DNA of 64,000 bases from Erysipelotrichaceae bacterium (GTDB lineage: Bacteria; Bacillota_I; Bacilli_A; Erysipelotrichales; Erysipelotrichaceae). Shown one piece after another: positions 40,860 to 49,853 of this stretch. Positions within the stretch are counted from its first letter, which is position 1. Each line of letters starts with the position of its first letter. Both the position numbers and the translations under genes were made by a program. The notes beneath the pieces are model-generated. The model saw nothing but the letters and a program-made list of their open reading frames with translations, did not search any database and was not told the DNA's origin. The stretch is from positions 47,922 through 111,921 of the forward strand of contig JAWRHV010000023.1 of the NCBI GenBank assembly GCA_040266995.1, given 5' to 3'.

Positions 40860-41498
40860 ATGGAAATCTCTTATAGTAAATCCATGAAACGTTTGATCCT
40901 TTTGATCCTGTTTCTGTTCTGTCCGGTTCTGATCATCCTGGTCGGTGATCTGCTTTTGATCGGCATACCCGAAAAGGATACAAAGAAAACAAAAGGTAAG
41001 ATTGCCAATATGATCCGGAATCCCGATCCCGTTGAAATACAGCCAGGCAATGAATGTGGCGCTTATTCCAGCGCCTATGTACGAAGATTCTGGGGCGATG
41101 CTATAAAGGGAAAGGATCTATACCGGACGATGCCGACCATGTATAATGGCGGGATTCTTCCGAAACACCTGAAACGCTCCCTGCAGCAGAATGGTTTTGA
41201 TGTGGCTTATCGGAAGGGAACGATCCAATCTTTGAAACGGCAGATCGATCTGGGACAACCTGTTATCGTGTTGACCCGAACCTTTGAAAACAGCCGTTAT
41301 CTGCACTATACAACGATCGTAGGCTATGATCCGGACTATTTATACATATCGGATTCCTTTCATCCGCTGATAAACAGTCCACACACATACTATAACCGAA
41401 AAATATCCTATGAAAATTTTCAAAAGATATGGAAAACCAACTTCTTCTATATGCCTTTTTATAAAAATACCTTTTTTGCCATCAAAAAAGCGGATTGA
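40860..41498 (+). CDS. C39-like papain-fold peptidase domain protein
   Basis: 212 aa with an N-terminal transmembrane helix. The catalytic Cys context is GNECGAYSSAY, and there is a downstream His region (LHYTTIVGYD). Confidence 0.5.
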   Translation: MEISYSKSMKRLILLILFLFCPVLIILVGDLLLIGIPEKDTKKTKGKIANMIRNPDPVEIQPGNECGAYSSAYVRRFWGDAIKGKDLYRTMPTMYNGGILPKHLKRSLQQNGFDVAYRKGTIQSLKRQIDLGQPVIVLTRTFENSRYLHYTTIVGYDPDYLYISDSFHPLINSPHTYYNRKISYENFQKIWKTNFFYMPFYKNTFFAIKKAD

Positions 41499-41510
41499 CC
41501 GCTTTTTTTT
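41484..41510. terminator. bidirectional terminator shared by convergent genes
   Basis: AAAAAAGCGG-attga-CCGCTTTTTTTT. The stop codons of both flanking genes lie within or adjacent to the hairpin. Confidence 0.65.
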
Positions 41511-42385
41511 CATAGTAAACTGGCACCAATCAGTCCTGCATCATCCGAAAACTCTGCCATCTTGTATTTCAGGTACTCTGGTTTTATATAATACTGTTTC
41601 GCTTTTTCAAAGACCATATGTACAAAATCCGGATTGAAAATGGCAATGCTGCCACCGACCACATAGATTTCCGGATCGATGACACAACCGACATTGGCAA
41701 TTCCCTTAGCTGCCACATCCGCCGTTCTTTCGATTAAAGCGGCGGCCTTCGGGTCGTTCTGATGCCATAACGCAAACAGTTCTTCCGCGGACATCGGGCG
41801 GCCGAAGGTTTCCTGGGCAAGTACAGATAATCCATATCCTCCGCACTGTTCATTCAAACTGCCGGGATTGGTTCCTTTATGATGATGCGGGTCTTCGTTG
41901 ACGATCATATTGTAGATTTCACCAGCGCAAGTACTGATGCCATTGATCAATTCATTCCGGAAGATATACGCTCCGCCAAAACCGGTGGACATTGTCACAT
42001 AAAAAACAGACTCACAGCCCTTTCCGGCTCCTAACACCGCCTCGGCCAGGCCGGCTACGTTGGCATCGTTGGACATGACGGTCGGTAGTCCGGTTTGGTT
42101 CTGAAAGAATTCCACGATAGGAAAATTATCCCACCCGACAAGATTCGGCGGATCCAGAATCAGCCCCTTCTTAGCATCCAGCGGTCCCGGGCAGCCGATA
42201 CCGATCCGATGGATCGGTTGGGGGAAATCTTGTATAAACGCAATGACCGGTTCCAGATTCTGTGCCGCATCCTTCGCTTTATCGTTTGGGGATTTATAAT
42301 ATTGTACCCTTTTGTGTGCTTTATCAAAGATCGCACAGCGGATATTTGTTCCTCCGATATCGATTCCGACTGTATACATTTTCAT
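41510..42385 (-). CDS. ROK-family sugar kinase (glucokinase-like)
   Basis: 291 aa starting MKMYTVGIDIGGTNIRCAIFD, with ROK zinc/ATPase motifs. Confidence 0.8.
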   Translation of the reverse strand: MKMYTVGIDIGGTNIRCAIFDKAHKRVQYYKSPNDKAKDAAQNLEPVIAFIQDFPQPIHRIGIGCPGPLDAKKGLILDPPNLVGWDNFPIVEFFQNQTGLPTVMSNDANVAGLAEAVLGAGKGCESVFYVTMSTGFGGAYIFRNELINGISTCAGEIYNMIVNEDPHHHKGTNPGSLNEQCGGYGLSVLAQETFGRPMSAEELFALWHQNDPKAAALIERTADVAAKGIANVGCVIDPEIYVVGGSIAIFNPDFVHMVFEKAKQYYIKPEYLKYKMAEFSDDAGLIGASLL

Positions 42386-42497
42386 TCTCTCCTTTTTCCC
42401 TATTATTTCATGACCCTCTTTTTCTTTTCAAGTGGATAAATTGACGAAGAATCTCTTTTCTTCTTATAATACCTATAATAAAAAAAGGAGAACTCCT

Positions 42498-44048
42498 ATG
42501 GATTTTTATAAAGAAAAATATGATGTAGTCGTGATCGGAGGCGCTTTAGCCGGTATGAGCTGCGCGATGAAGCTGGCATCCGAAGGAAAATCCGTCCTGA
42601 TTTTGGAAAGGCACAATCTGCCTGGTGGTCTGGCAACTTCTTTTGTACGCAATGGTGTGGAAATGGAAGCCACCCTTCATGAGATGATGTCGATCGGACC
42701 GGAGGATAAACCCCTCTTTATCCGGGAATATCTGGAACAGATGGGTGTGAAGATCAACTGGCTGCGTGTACCGGAGGCTTATGGCCTGTTATCCCCACAG
42801 GACAATATTGACATTGAGATACATGCCGGACGCAGAGACGATGGTACATGGATCTGTGCCGATGAAATCGATGCACAATATCCGGGAACCAAAGACGAGA
42901 TCAACCGGCTGCTGGAGACATGTAAGTCGGTCTATGAATCGGTCTTATTCTTAAACGAACATAGTGCTTCCAAACTCACATTGCTGCTGAAACACGAGCC
43001 GTTGACAAAGACGGCCGGATACAGTGCCAAGGAAGTCATTGACAAGGCATTTCATCTGCCTAAGGATGTTGTCCATATCCTGTCCGCCTACTGGATCTAT
43101 GTCGGGGTACCTATATCCAATCTGCCCTTTACCATCTATTCTTTTCTGATGGCGGACTATTTATTGGGAGGAAGCTACGTTGCCAAAGGCTTCTCTCATG
43201 AAATGTCGGTGGCCATGGCCGAAAAATGTGAAGAGCTGGGTGTACAGTTTGAATATTGCCAGGAGGTCACAAAGATCCTGGTCAAAGAGAATCACGTATA
43301 TGGTGTTCGTACCAAGCGAGGCGACCAAATCTATTGCGATGCGGTGGCCTGCGCGCCGTATCCGAATGTCACTTACGCGAAAATGATCGAACCGCAAAGC
43401 GAAGTACCTGTAAAAGCTATAAAATATGCCAATGCGATGCCGATGGGTGTCACCTGCTTCTCGGTAGTCATGCAGTTAGACGCTAGACCGGAGGATCTCC
43501 ATATCAACCGATATTCCGTATTTTCCTCCAACATCCCGTTCGATACGGATGTTTTCTGGGAACAAGGAAAACAATTAGGCGGCTGGTCCAATCTGACGAC
43601 CATCTGTCTAAACTATGCCAATCCGGATGGTGTTCCACAAGGAAAAACCTCCCTGTCCATCACCTACCTGCCGGTATCCGATCCTTTTATGGATGTCAAG
43701 GTAGATGACTATCAGACGATGAAGCGAAGGATCGCCAAGGAAATGATCGAACAGGTCAGCGCTTATCTGGGTGTGGATCTGCTGGATCACATCGAGGAGA
43801 TTGAAATCGAATCCCCGATGACCATTGCTCATTTTGCCAATGCGTACCGTGGTGGAATCTACGGCTACCAGCATTCAATGAACAATTCGGTGGTTGCGCG
43901 TTTAGAAGATGTCGAGAAAGAACAGTGGATCAAGGGTCTGGTAGGCTGTGCCAGCCATCAGCTGGTAGGCGATGGTATGGCATGCAATATCAACAATGGA
44001 AAAATTGCCGCTAAACTCATCATGGAATCTTTAAAGGAGGGACGATAA
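42498..44048 (+). CDS. FAD-dependent oxidoreductase, phytoene-desaturase (amine-oxidase) superfamily
   Basis: The N-terminus reads YDVVVIGGALAGMSCAMKLASEGKSVLILERHNLPGGLATS (dinucleotide fold). I started it at MDFYKEK, which is preceded by AAAGGAG. Confidence 0.75.
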   Translation: MDFYKEKYDVVVIGGALAGMSCAMKLASEGKSVLILERHNLPGGLATSFVRNGVEMEATLHEMMSIGPEDKPLFIREYLEQMGVKINWLRVPEAYGLLSPQDNIDIEIHAGRRDDGTWICADEIDAQYPGTKDEINRLLETCKSVYESVLFLNEHSASKLTLLLKHEPLTKTAGYSAKEVIDKAFHLPKDVVHILSAYWIYVGVPISNLPFTIYSFLMADYLLGGSYVAKGFSHEMSVAMAEKCEELGVQFEYCQEVTKILVKENHVYGVRTKRGDQIYCDAVACAPYPNVTYAKMIEPQSEVPVKAIKYANAMPMGVTCFSVVMQLDARPEDLHINRYSVFSSNIPFDTDVFWEQGKQLGGWSNLTTICLNYANPDGVPQGKTSLSITYLPVSDPFMDVKVDDYQTMKRRIAKEMIEQVSAYLGVDLLDHIEEIEIESPMTIAHFANAYRGGIYGYQHSMNNSVVARLEDVEKEQWIKGLVGCASHQLVGDGMACNINNGKIAAKLIMESLKEGR

Positions 44049-44049
44049 T

Positions 44050-45237
44050 ATGAAGGTCAATGTTTTTTTTAAAGATGTTCTCGGTTCCTCCCGTGTCATA
44101 AAGGAACGTCGTCATCGGATCGAAGAGGCAGATCCAAACATGATCTACGATGACCCGATCAACGAGATGGCCCACCAGCTGCATCCGGATCAAACCCATG
44201 TCAAGGTAACAGCTGTCAAGGATGTATCTCCGAGCGCACGCACGATCACATTTACAGCGGACCAGAATGATATATTGCCACCCTTTCAGTGTGGACAATA
44301 CGTATCTTTAGAGCTTGAAATCGACGGAACGCTGACAACCCGGCCCTATTCCATCAGCTCAGCGCCGTTTCAGGCCCGGGAGGTGGATCAACCCTTCTTT
44401 GAGATCACCGTTCGCAACGGAAAAAAAGGACAAGGCTTTGCCAGCTGCTGGTTATATGACAACGTAAAGCCGGGGGATACCTTTATTGCCCATCTTCCGT
44501 TTGGCCAATTCTATGTGGAACCCTTACGCGATTCCAAACATATTGTTGGCTTAGCTGGTGGATCCGGGATCACACCCTTTTATTCCATGGCCAAAGAGAT
44601 CGAACACGGTTCGCTGGATGTAGATCTGACCATCCTTTATGGATCGGTGTCCACTCGTGATATCATCCTCAAGGAACAGCTGGAAGCCATCCAGAGTCCA
44701 CGTGTACGCATTATCCATGTCATCAGCGATCAACCGGAGTATCCGGGAGAAAAGGGATTCTTGACCGCCCGGCTTATTGAAAAATATGCGCATAAGGATT
44801 CAACCTTCTTTGTGTGCGGTCCTCTGCCGATGTACCGCTTTGTGTATAAAGAACTGAAAAAACTGCAGGTACCGGATAAACGGATCCGGATGGAAGTATT
44901 CGGAGCGCCTGTCAATATCATGCAGGAAGACGGATATCCGCTGGATATGCAGCCGCAGACATTCCGTTTGTTGGTCGTTCGCGGGATCCATGAAGATGTG
45001 ATCGAAGCCAAGAGCACAGAGCCTTTAGCCGTCGCATTGGAAAGAGCCGCCATTAAAAACCATACACGCTGCCGAAGCGGGGCATGTGGAGCTTGTCGCT
45101 GTAAATTGATTTCCGGCAAGGTGTTTATTCCTTCCACCGGAGATGGGCGGCGAGCAGCTGACAAACAGTACAGCTATGTCCATGCCTGCTCTACATATCC
45201 ATTAAGCGATTGCACGATTAAAATTCCGATCTTATAA
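44050..45237 (+). CDS. ferredoxin-NAD(P) reductase-like flavoprotein with a C-terminal 2Fe-2S ferredoxin domain
   Basis: 395 aa with FAD-binding RPYSIS, an NAD-binding GGSGITP motif and a C-terminal CRSGACGACRC cluster. Its start overlaps the stop of the preceding gene. Confidence 0.7.
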   Translation: MKVNVFFKDVLGSSRVIKERRHRIEEADPNMIYDDPINEMAHQLHPDQTHVKVTAVKDVSPSARTITFTADQNDILPPFQCGQYVSLELEIDGTLTTRPYSISSAPFQAREVDQPFFEITVRNGKKGQGFASCWLYDNVKPGDTFIAHLPFGQFYVEPLRDSKHIVGLAGGSGITPFYSMAKEIEHGSLDVDLTILYGSVSTRDIILKEQLEAIQSPRVRIIHVISDQPEYPGEKGFLTARLIEKYAHKDSTFFVCGPLPMYRFVYKELKKLQVPDKRIRMEVFGAPVNIMQEDGYPLDMQPQTFRLLVVRGIHEDVIEAKSTEPLAVALERAAIKNHTRCRSGACGACRCKLISGKVFIPSTGDGRRAADKQYSYVHACSTYPLSDCTIKIPIL

Positions 45238-45261
45238 AAAAACCGGCTTTAGCCGGTTTTA
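45236..45261. terminator. bidirectional terminator
   Basis: AAAAACCGGCT-tt-AGCCGGTTTT perfect hairpin. It overlaps both convergent stop codons. Confidence 0.8.
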
Positions 45262-45816
45262 TTCGTAGGATGGGCGTGGCTGTGACTGGTTTTCCTGCCA
45301 GTACTCCATAGCCAATTCATACATAACTTCATCAATATCCTCTTCTTCATATTCCAGTGCATCTTCATAAAAATCATCATAATGCGCTTGAGCATAATCC
45401 TCGGCTGTCGGATACTGGTCCACTTCCTTATCCCGTGCCTGTTCAAATCGTTCCCACTTTTCATACGCAGCCTGCGCATTGATACACCAGATCTTTTCTC
45501 CGTTCTTTTCCTCCATATGAGGCAGCCCGTCATCATCCCAATACAGTTTGTTGATCCGCTGCACTTTCGTGACTTTGCCGTTTCGTACGCGAACCATCAA
45601 TACACGTTCGCCCTGGATCTTCCATATATATACATTATTCTTATAAGAGGTATGCTTGCCACAAAGCGTTTCATCGATATCTTGTTCCGGCATTCCTTCA
45701 TAGGGAACCTCTTGTGAAGTTCTTGTTTCTGTTGTAGTGACCTGGGCAGTTGTTTGTTCATAACCGACACAACCAATCAACAACCAAAGAACGCATGCCC
45801 ATTGAAACCATTTCAT
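45259..45816 (-). CDS. lipoprotein with an acidic C-terminal region
   Basis: Lipobox LLIGC after MKWFQWACVLW. I started it at the internal Met of the 238-aa ORF. Confidence 0.55.
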   Translation of the reverse strand: MKWFQWACVLWLLIGCVGYEQTTAQVTTTETRTSQEVPYEGMPEQDIDETLCGKHTSYKNNVYIWKIQGERVLMVRVRNGKVTKVQRINKLYWDDDGLPHMEEKNGEKIWCINAQAAYEKWERFEQARDKEVDQYPTAEDYAQAHYDDFYEDALEYEEEDIDEVMYELAMEYWQENQSQPRPSYE

Positions 45817-45949
45817 ATCTTTAGTATACACGAAAAGATGAAAAACAGATAAAAACATCTTGATAAACAAAAATATTTTATCGTTTTTCGATATATTTTT
45901 ATTGACTTTCAAAATATTGAATGTTACCATCACGGTGGAGGTACTACTT

Positions 45950-46411
45950 ATGAATTCAAAAATTGTTACTTTCACAAAAACATGTCTGGATATTATTTTT
46001 GTTCTCAGTATACTTGGAACCCTGGCATGCCCTTACCTGATCAAACTCTATGCGATGCATCAAAGGACCAACCAATATGCTCGTATAGGTCATAATTATG
46101 TTCTTTTATGTATATTATTTACCATTGCGGGCTTTTTGGGGATCTTGATTCTCTTTGAGCTTAGAAAGATGATGAAATCCGTACAGAAAGAAGACTGTTT
46201 TGTCTATGAAAACGTAACGAGTTTAAAAAAAATGGGAACCTATGCGTTTCTGATTTCCATCGATATGAGCTTACGTGTCTTTACCTACATAACCCCTTCT
46301 ATTTTATTGATCGTCTTTACGTTTCTGATTGCCGGGCTTTTCAGCAAAGTGCTGGCTCTGGTCTTTGAACAGGCAGTCCAGTATAAGCTGGAAAACGATA
46401 TGACAATCTAG
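45950..46411 (+). CDS. DUF2975-family membrane protein
   Basis: 153 aa with four transmembrane helices. It is directly upstream of a YozG-like small HTH gene, which is the usual pairing. Confidence 0.6.
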   Translation: MNSKIVTFTKTCLDIIFVLSILGTLACPYLIKLYAMHQRTNQYARIGHNYVLLCILFTIAGFLGILILFELRKMMKSVQKEDCFVYENVTSLKKMGTYAFLISIDMSLRVFTYITPSILLIVFTFLIAGLFSKVLALVFEQAVQYKLENDMTI

Positions 46412-46425
46412 TGGAGGTGACATTT

Positions 46426-46641
46426 ATGGCTATTATCGTAAATTTGGATGTCATGATGGCAAAAAGAAAGATCGGTTTGTCCGAACTGGCGGAGCGTGTA
46501 AACATCACCAACGCCAATTTATCCATTTTGAAAAACAATCGGGCCAAAGCCGTACGTTTCAGCACTCTGGATGCCATCTGTAAGGAACTAAACTGCCAGG
46601 TCGGTGACATTCTTGAATATGTACCGGATGAAAAGGAGTGA
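46426..46641 (+). CDS. small XRE/Cro-like HTH regulator (YozG-like)
   Basis: MAIIVNLDVMMAKRKIGLSELAERVNITNANLSILKNNRAKAVRFSTLDAICKELNCQVGDILEY. It is preceded by GGAGGTG. Confidence 0.8.
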   Translation: MAIIVNLDVMMAKRKIGLSELAERVNITNANLSILKNNRAKAVRFSTLDAICKELNCQVGDILEYVPDEKE

Positions 46642-46645
46642 TCGA

Positions 46646-48115
46646 ATGAACCAAAAAAAGGAAGCGGTAGTCCCGCAGCCCCCTGTCTTTACTATAAAAA
46701 ATGAAAGAATGGAAAACTTCCATCGTTTCGGAACGGCCAGTCTGCTCTTTGCGGGCTTATATATCCTGTGCTTGTATCAGAACCCTCACGGTATCCTTTA
46801 CCCGATTTTTATGGGTGGCACATTGTATTTGATGAAACGCGTGGCCCGAAAGGATACATATACAAAAATGGATTGGTTTTATACACTCTCCCTAATGGTC
46901 CTTTCTGTCTGTAAGTGTATGATCCTTTCGGTGCCTATGCAGTTTGCGGATACGCTGGCTATCGGATGTCTTTGGATCGGTTACATTCTGCATATGTATA
47001 CAGATATGGTTCAGTGGTCTATCGGACAGAAGAGCCTGGCCTTGATCAAAATGGCCGGACAGTTGATCGTTCGGTGCATGCAGCCATTATTTTCTCTATT
47101 TGGTGTATTTCATACACTTAATTTTAATAAAAAAGAGATTATTGTTCCGGTTGTTATCGGTTTGATGACTGCCTTCCCTTTGGTGGGAATCATCTTGGTG
47201 CTGTTGACATCGGCTGATGCCGTATTTGATTCCATGGTTCATTCCATGATCCGTCTGATATTCATACCGGAGGATATCGGGAATATCCTGCAAATTCTGT
47301 GGACCTTTATCGCTATGTATATCCTGTTTTTTGACATACACATGGTTGTTCAAAACATACCGGATAAAAAGCAGGAAAAACGGACCCTCTACAGCTCCAT
47401 TACCGCCATTACCACATCCAGTGTCCTGGCGGTGGTCTACATTGCGTTCAGCTGTATTCAGATCGTGTATTTATTTATCGGAAATATGAAGTTACCGGAT
47501 GGTTATACCTATGCGCAGTATGTGCATGAAGGCTTCTATGAGCTATTGGCAGTCAGTCTTATCAATCTTGTGCTGGTGCTTATATGTAAAGAGATCTTTA
47601 AGCCCTCCAGGATCCTCAATGGACTGCTGACGATCATCTGCCTGTGTACAGGCATTATGATTGCTTCCAGCGCTCTTCGGATGAGTATGTATATCCAGTC
47701 CTATCATCTGACCTTCCTGCGCTTGTTTGTGTTATGGTTTCTGTTTGTTCTCAGCATTTGGATCGTACTGACAACCATTCACATCTATCGATCAGATCTG
47801 CCGTTATTACGATATGGGATGATTGCCATAACTCTGTGCTGGATCGGATTTCATCTGATCCGTCCGGAATACCAAATTGCCCGCTATGATCTCTCTCACA
47901 GACAGGATGTACCGGTTTATGAAGATTCCATGGATACATATCTTCTTTACCTGTCCGAAGATGCCGTAGATGCCTTCGACATGAACAGTGACATCGGAAA
48001 GGAGTATGCTCGTATCCACGCAAACCAACAACCTTCCACGCTTCTGCAGAAGATCCGAACCTTTAACTTTTCCCAAGCGCACGCCAACCGCATCTTTCAC
48101 AAATTGAACCCCTGA
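46646..48115 (+). CDS. polytopic membrane protein of unknown function (DUF4153-like)
   Basis: About 490 aa with at least 10 predicted transmembrane helices. Confidence 0.5.
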   Translation: MNQKKEAVVPQPPVFTIKNERMENFHRFGTASLLFAGLYILCLYQNPHGILYPIFMGGTLYLMKRVARKDTYTKMDWFYTLSLMVLSVCKCMILSVPMQFADTLAIGCLWIGYILHMYTDMVQWSIGQKSLALIKMAGQLIVRCMQPLFSLFGVFHTLNFNKKEIIVPVVIGLMTAFPLVGIILVLLTSADAVFDSMVHSMIRLIFIPEDIGNILQILWTFIAMYILFFDIHMVVQNIPDKKQEKRTLYSSITAITTSSVLAVVYIAFSCIQIVYLFIGNMKLPDGYTYAQYVHEGFYELLAVSLINLVLVLICKEIFKPSRILNGLLTIICLCTGIMIASSALRMSMYIQSYHLTFLRLFVLWFLFVLSIWIVLTTIHIYRSDLPLLRYGMIAITLCWIGFHLIRPEYQIARYDLSHRQDVPVYEDSMDTYLLYLSEDAVDAFDMNSDIGKEYARIHANQQPSTLLQKIRTFNFSQAHANRIFHKLNP

Positions 48116-48140
48116 GATCATAGTCTCAGGGGTTCTTTCT
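48106..48140 (+). terminator. intrinsic terminator after the membrane-protein gene
   Basis: CCCCTGAGA-tcatag-TCTCAGGGG followed by TTCTTTCT. Confidence 0.7.
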
Positions 48141-49216
48141 CAGAACAGAATATCTTTGAAGCAGATACTTTGTTTTTCCTCTGCATAATCCCAGGTATGC
48201 GCTGCACCACCTCGACAAAACTCTTTGTCTGAACAATGGCTGCATGTTTTGTTACGTTGGGCCAAAGGGGTCCGGTAGATATCAAACCGGTCATTCCAGA
48301 CATCGGTAAATCGATCTTTATAAATATTTCCCTGGATGGTTTTCTTATTCCGGTCAATATCCAGACACGCCAGGATATCTCCATTAGCGGCAATACTGGC
48401 CACATAGAGGCCGGCACTGCAGATAAAATAATGATTCCGAACTTCCCGTTCCACATCCAATCCCAGGTAATGGGAACAACCATAGGTCACCGGCAGGTTT
48501 TGTATTCTCTTATCCATGATAAAGCGAAAGAGCATTTTCTGATCTTCCGGTGTCAGTAGTAAGTCTTTTCGCATCAGTGCGCGACCAATCGGTTCTATAC
48601 CGATCACCCGCCAGGAATCTATGTCCATCGTATTGAAGATTGTAAACAGCGCCTCCAGTTCATGAATATTTTCATGGGTTACCACTGTGGTCACCTGTAC
48701 GATATAGTCATGCGGAATCAACGCCTGTATGGCCTGCATGGATTTTTTATAGGCCCCTTTGATACCTCGGAAAGTATCATGCGTGGCCTCCAGTCCGTCT
48801 ATACTGATGGATACAGACCGCATGCCACATTGTTCCAGCATGCCTGCTACATCGTCATCGATCAAGGTTCCATTGGATGTCATCCCCCAGCGAAACCCTA
48901 GATCTTTGGCATACTGCATAATTTCAAAAAAATCTTCTCGTAATAAAGGCTCGCCGCCGGTAATACATAAAAGCAGCTCTTGCAGATCAAAGTTTTCCTT
49001 GACTTCCTCCAGCACGGAAAAGATAACCTCTTTTGGTAAATCCTTTGAAACGATATCGCCGCAACGACTGCCGCAATGTGCGCAATATTCATTACAGCGT
49101 TGTGTCAATTCAATAAAAAACTCTTTTAACCTTGGTGTTTGACATAATTCTTTATGATAATTTGCCAGCTGCTGCAAATGTTGTTTTTTTAACGCGATGA
49201 TTTCTTCGTATGTCAT
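48140..49216 (-). CDS. radical SAM enzyme with a C-terminal SPASM/twitch Cys cluster
   Basis: CNEYCAHC (CX3CX2C) at about aa 40, GGEPLL, and a C-terminal cluster CSHYLG...CSAG...ILAC...CSHCSDKEFCRGG. Confidence 0.75.
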   Translation of the reverse strand: MTYEEIIALKKQHLQQLANYHKELCQTPRLKEFFIELTQRCNEYCAHCGSRCGDIVSKDLPKEVIFSVLEEVKENFDLQELLLCITGGEPLLREDFFEIMQYAKDLGFRWGMTSNGTLIDDDVAGMLEQCGMRSVSISIDGLEATHDTFRGIKGAYKKSMQAIQALIPHDYIVQVTTVVTHENIHELEALFTIFNTMDIDSWRVIGIEPIGRALMRKDLLLTPEDQKMLFRFIMDKRIQNLPVTYGCSHYLGLDVEREVRNHYFICSAGLYVASIAANGDILACLDIDRNKKTIQGNIYKDRFTDVWNDRFDIYRTPLAQRNKTCSHCSDKEFCRGGAAHTWDYAEEKQSICFKDILF

Positions 49217-49428
49217 GATTCGTCCTCAGGAGGTCCGTAAACGGCAGGTTCCCTATTTTCCTCCGGCTCCAGATCAACAGGTGGCCCATAGACTTCCTCC
49301 ACTTTTTCTTGTTGCGGATCATATGGTTCCGGATACTTCACCTCTTTCTGTGGCTGAAAACAACCTCCCAGTAAAAAGGCAGAAGTGACAGCTGTTCCGA
49401 CAATAATTCTTTTTTTAGGTTTTTTCAT
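49213..49428 (-). CDS. small Pro/Glu/Tyr-rich lipoprotein translationally coupled to the radical-SAM gene
   Basis: MKKPKKRIIVGTAVTSAFLLGGC (lipobox), then ...EVYGPPVDLEPEENREPAVYGPPEDES. Its stop overlaps the radical-SAM ATG (ATGA). Confidence 0.5.
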   Translation of the reverse strand: MKKPKKRIIVGTAVTSAFLLGGCFQPQKEVKYPEPYDPQQEKVEEVYGPPVDLEPEENREPAVYGPPEDES

Positions 49429-49499
49429 ACTGCTTCTCCTGCTTTCAGTATAAGTGAATTTCATTCCACGTTTCAAGAAAAATGGTGTAGTATAACTAT

Positions 49500-49853
49500 A
49501 TGCATGAGATGAGCTATGTAATCCGTTTTGTGAATATAGCAATCGAAACAGCGCAGTCACAAAACGCAAAACACGTTGAATCCCTGGTTGTAGAGGTTGG
49601 TGAAATGACCTCTGTATTACCGGAATATCTTCATAAGTACTATCCCCAGGCCATTAAAAATACGATCCTGGAAGGATCGCAGTTAAAAACTATTGCCGTA
49701 AAAGCGAAGGTCGAATGTTTATCATGTCATACACAATACCACCCGGAACGTTCCCATCAATACCTTTGCCCTGTGTGCCAGAGTGCCATGGGGCGGATCC
49801 TGGAAGGACGGGATGTTCGTTTAAAAGAGGTGCAGGTGACCATCGACGATTAA
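49500..49853 (+). CDS. hypA: hydrogenase nickel-insertion metallochaperone HypA
   Basis: 117 aa starting MHEMSYV..., with the CxxC...CxxC zinc site (CLSCH...CPVC). Confidence 0.85.
   Translation: MHEMSYVIRFVNIAIETAQSQNAKHVESLVVEVGEMTSVLPEYLHKYYPQAIKNTILEGSQLKTIAVKAKVECLSCHTQYHPERSHQYLCPVCQSAMGRILEGRDVRLKEVQVTIDD

Noticed and set aside
23000-49500. Possibility that the variable middle region is a mobile genomic island or prophage
   Set aside because: There is no integrase, transposase, recombinase, tRNA attachment site, direct repeats or phage structural genes. The genes have native-looking RBSs and terminators.
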